From Myxococcota bacterium (lineage in GTDB: Bacteria; Myxococcota; XYA12-FULL-58-9; JABJBS01), in contig JAYZAY010000069.1 of NCBI GenBank assembly GCA_036339465.1, positions 1-20,240 on the forward strand: DNA of 20,240 bases. Direction: 5' to 3'. The position numbers and the translations under genes were made by a program. The notes under the pieces are model-generated. The model saw only the letters and a list, made by a program, of their open reading frames with translations, was not told where the DNA came from and made no database searches. Below are positions 17,991 to 20,240 of this stretch, one piece after another (position 1 is the stretch's first letter; every line of letters begins with the position of its first letter).

Positions 17991-18443
17991 GTGGGAAAGC
18001 CATCGTGGAGCGTCTACTGGGTCGGAAGAAAAGCCAAAGACCCACTCTTAGAATCAGCGCGCCACTACGAAAACCGAATATCAAAAACACAAGACATTAC
18101 GGTGAATATCCTAAAACCCAGTGCCCCAGAAAAAGAGGCATCGGATTTCATGCGGCGCCTTCAGCCCCACGACTACCTCATTGCCCTAGACGAACATGGA
18201 CCACTTCACACCACGGCGGGGTGGTCAAAGCACCTACATCACTTGAATGATAAAAACCCCGATCGTTTGGTTTTCCTCATCGGAGGAGACGATGGACACC
18301 ACCCAACTCTTTTGAAACAAGCCCACGAAACCTTGGGCCTTGCAAAATTCACTTTGCCTCATCGCTTGGCTCTCGTTATACTCTTAGAGCAACTCTATCG
18401 AATCGAACAAGTGCGAATGGGAACCCCCTATCATCGCCGTTAA
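17991..18443 (+). CDS. rlmH: 23S rRNA (pseudouridine1915-N3)-methyltransferase RlmH
   Basis: IALDEHG, FLIGGDDG, FTLPH...LLEQLYR...GTPYHR. The in-frame GTG at 17991, 4 nt after the rsfS stop, gives 150 aa, the normal size. The ORF-track start at 17835 would overlap rsfS. Confidence 0.92.
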   Translation: MGKPSWSVYWVGRKAKDPLLESARHYENRISKTQDITVNILKPSAPEKEASDFMRRLQPHDYLIALDEHGPLHTTAGWSKHLHHLNDKNPDRLVFLIGGDDGHHPTLLKQAHETLGLAKFTLPHRLALVILLEQLYRIEQVRMGTPYHRR

Positions 18444-18467
18444 ACCTTCACCGTGAAGTAAAAGACA

Positions 18468-18842
18468 ATGGTCCGTGATAACCCAAAAATCCCAAGACGC
18501 TATTCCCGCTACCCTTTACGAGTCTATTTCACCCTCTCATCTCCCGATGAAAAGCGGCACGGCGAAATTCTTTTCGATACCCTCAATATCAGTGAAGGCG
18601 GTGCTTTTCTGCGCTCGGAAATCCTTTTGGAAGTGGGAACCTCCCTCGCACTAGAAATCGAAAACCCCGAGCTCCGTAACACACCTATCCGAGCCAAGGT
18701 CGCTTGGACGACCCGGGGAAAACCTGGCTCCAGCAGTCCTGACCCTGGAATGGGAATCGAGTTTGTGGATCTCCCGGAAGCTTCACGCGTCGCCATTCGA
18801 AAACTCATTAGCCAACATGCGGCACTCAACAATATTATTTAA
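18468..18842 (+). CDS. single-domain PilZ protein (myxobacterial paralogous type), probable c-di-GMP receptor
   Basis: RxxxR (RRYSR) and (D/N)xSxxG (NISEGG) motifs, plus PGMGIEFVDL. Confidence 0.9.
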   Translation: MVRDNPKIPRRYSRYPLRVYFTLSSPDEKRHGEILFDTLNISEGGAFLRSEILLEVGTSLALEIENPELRNTPIRAKVAWTTRGKPGSSSPDPGMGIEFVDLPEASRVAIRKLISQHAALNNII

Positions 18843-19618
18843 GAGCAAGTCTCCGCACAATAACCAACATGGCTCTGGCCATCACTCAACCACAACGTGC
18901 AACATTCCTCTGCTTCATCACACACATTGGTTTCACTCATATTACAGAGCCCAACACACCGCTTGTTTAAACAAAGAGATTCAGATCCACACCAGTTTTC
19001 GGCCCCATCGCAAGATTTTCCGAGCAATCCAACATTAGCATTCTCTAGCTCCAAACACGCCAAGACCCGGTCACTCGCCCCCCCTACCCTCTGACAAAAC
19101 GCGCCGGTTCCCGTCTCCATATCCGCGAAACAATTCGTCGATGCTGCGCCACTAGAAAAATCAACTTCGCACGCAACCAAACACTCGGAAGTCGATTCAT
19201 TCAAGTTAGCGCAAATCTTACCATCGGGGCATCCCTGCTCGGAACATCCCGAGCCCAAGACACAAGCGCCAATCAGGGTTTGGTTCTTCGCATCATTGAC
19301 CGGCAGGCAATAATGTCCGGCGCTACAATCACCCCCACCCCACAGGTTCGCGCAGCCGCTTGTACATCGATAAACCGGAGCTGGACAAACAAGACCCTGC
19401 TGACATTGTTCATTAACAGAGCAAGCCTGGTCTCGCGGGATACTTTGTATTTGAACACAACGCGAAACAAAGCAACTATAGCCTTCCATACAAGGCTGAT
19501 CGTCTCCACAGGCCAATCCCTCGTAGTCCCAATCGAGCACCACTGTACAACCAACCAACAGCGGTAACAAACATGGTATCATCAATCGCCGCCACTTAAG
19601 GGGCTCTTCATTGGTCAT
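18839..19618 (-). CDS. cysteine-rich lipoprotein
   Basis: Basic n-region, hydrophobic h-region and lipobox LVG|C, with 30 further Cys in C-x5-C-x5-C-x4-6-C-like modules. ATG 19618 overlaps the upstream stop (TGATG). Confidence 0.82.
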   Translation of the reverse strand: MTNEEPLKWRRLMIPCLLPLLVGCTVVLDWDYEGLACGDDQPCMEGYSCFVSRCVQIQSIPRDQACSVNEQCQQGLVCPAPVYRCTSGCANLWGGGDCSAGHYCLPVNDAKNQTLIGACVLGSGCSEQGCPDGKICANLNESTSECLVACEVDFSSGAASTNCFADMETGTGAFCQRVGGASDRVLACLELENANVGLLGKSCDGAENWCGSESLCLNKRCVGLCNMSETNVCDEAEECCTLWLSDGQSHVGYCAETCS

Positions 19619-20240
19619 CAAAACTCCGTCAACCATGTCAGTGAGAGCCCACCTTCCGTAGGAAATAGAACAAACTGACTTTCGAAACCTGCCCTAGACG
19701 ACTCGATCAACATCGATGGACTCTCGAAGCTAGGCTCCGGCTCCCACCATAGAGAAAGCCCTAAAGCGACACCAAGGCTTAGGGCACCAACCCCAAACCC
19801 AATATCGGCGATAACCGCATTGGACTTGCCTGAACTCTCAAGAGCTTGGGCAGTATCACTGTCTTGCAAAGGTGGCACCGAAGAAATACCTCGAAACTCA
19901 TTGTTATTGCTCCTAGCCATCCACGCAAAAGCTGCCCCAGTACCACCTGCCACAATCCCCAAACCGACCGTACTCCAAACCAACACTCTTTTCAGGGTCT
20001 CACAATTAAAACTGCCACACTTCCCCAAACGATTCACAACTCGGTCATCTTCCACATCGGCCATGGCTTCCCACATACCACCAAAGGATAGTATCTCGGA
20101 ATGAAACAAACGCTTATAGAGATCTTCCACACGGGATTCAAAAACCAAAAGTCCGGCGTTCGCAACAAATTGTTCACGGGCAGAGGCTACCAGCCACCAA
20201 TCATCTTCACTGTGCTGAAATAAATAGACACCCATAAACA
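19618..20240 (-). CDS. partial CDS (C-terminal part): Gly-rich hydrophobic-hairpin membrane/envelope protein
   Basis: The frame is open to the window edge. It has two Gly/Ala-rich hydrophobic segments (VWSTVGLGIVAGGTGAAFAWM; IGFGVGALSLGVALGLSLWW) and a terminal ...GGLSLTWLTEF. This resembles C-termini of myxobacterial PEGA/TPR proteins (recall only). Confidence 0.65.
   Translation of the reverse strand, partial: FMGVYLFQHSEDDWWLVASAREQFVANAGLLVFESRVEDLYKRLFHSEILSFGGMWEAMADVEDDRVVNRLGKCGSFNCETLKRVLVWSTVGLGIVAGGTGAAFAWMARSNNNEFRGISSVPPLQDSDTAQALESSGKSNAVIADIGFGVGALSLGVALGLSLWWEPEPSFESPSMLIESSRAGFESQFVLFPTEGGLSLTWLTEF

Noticed and set aside
18839..18842. Convergent PilZ and lipoprotein genes sharing TTAA as overlapping stop codons
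   Set aside because: The overlap is real but is a common compact arrangement with no further evidence of function.

Overview
Bacterial chromosomal window. The protein families (PEGA-domain Ser/Thr kinase with an HRDVSPQN loop, long S41 peptidase, myxobacterial-type PilZ protein, Cys-rich lipoprotein) suggest Myxococcota or a related deltaproteobacterial lineage; this is an inference. The left edge is the 5' end of a minus-strand 16S rRNA gene with its leader, boxA and promoter. Next come a Lys-rich histone H1-like repeat protein and, divergent from it, uvrB-uvrC. These are followed by an outer-membrane beta-barrel, a penicillin-acylase-family Ntn hydrolase, the kinase, an NDP-sugar pyrophosphorylase, the S41 peptidase, an unknown secreted protein, rsfS-rlmH-PilZ, a Cys-rich lipoprotein and a partial gene at the right edge. 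The main anomaly is uvrC: a complete 611-codon frame broken by one in-frame TGA (codon 105) just after the GIY-YIG domain and followed immediately by a small hairpin. It could reflect recoding or readthrough, a recent nonsense allele, or a base-call error. No mobile element, CRISPR array or tRNA was seen. Most of the window is housekeeping or lineage-typical, and I cannot claim a clearly new multi-gene system.
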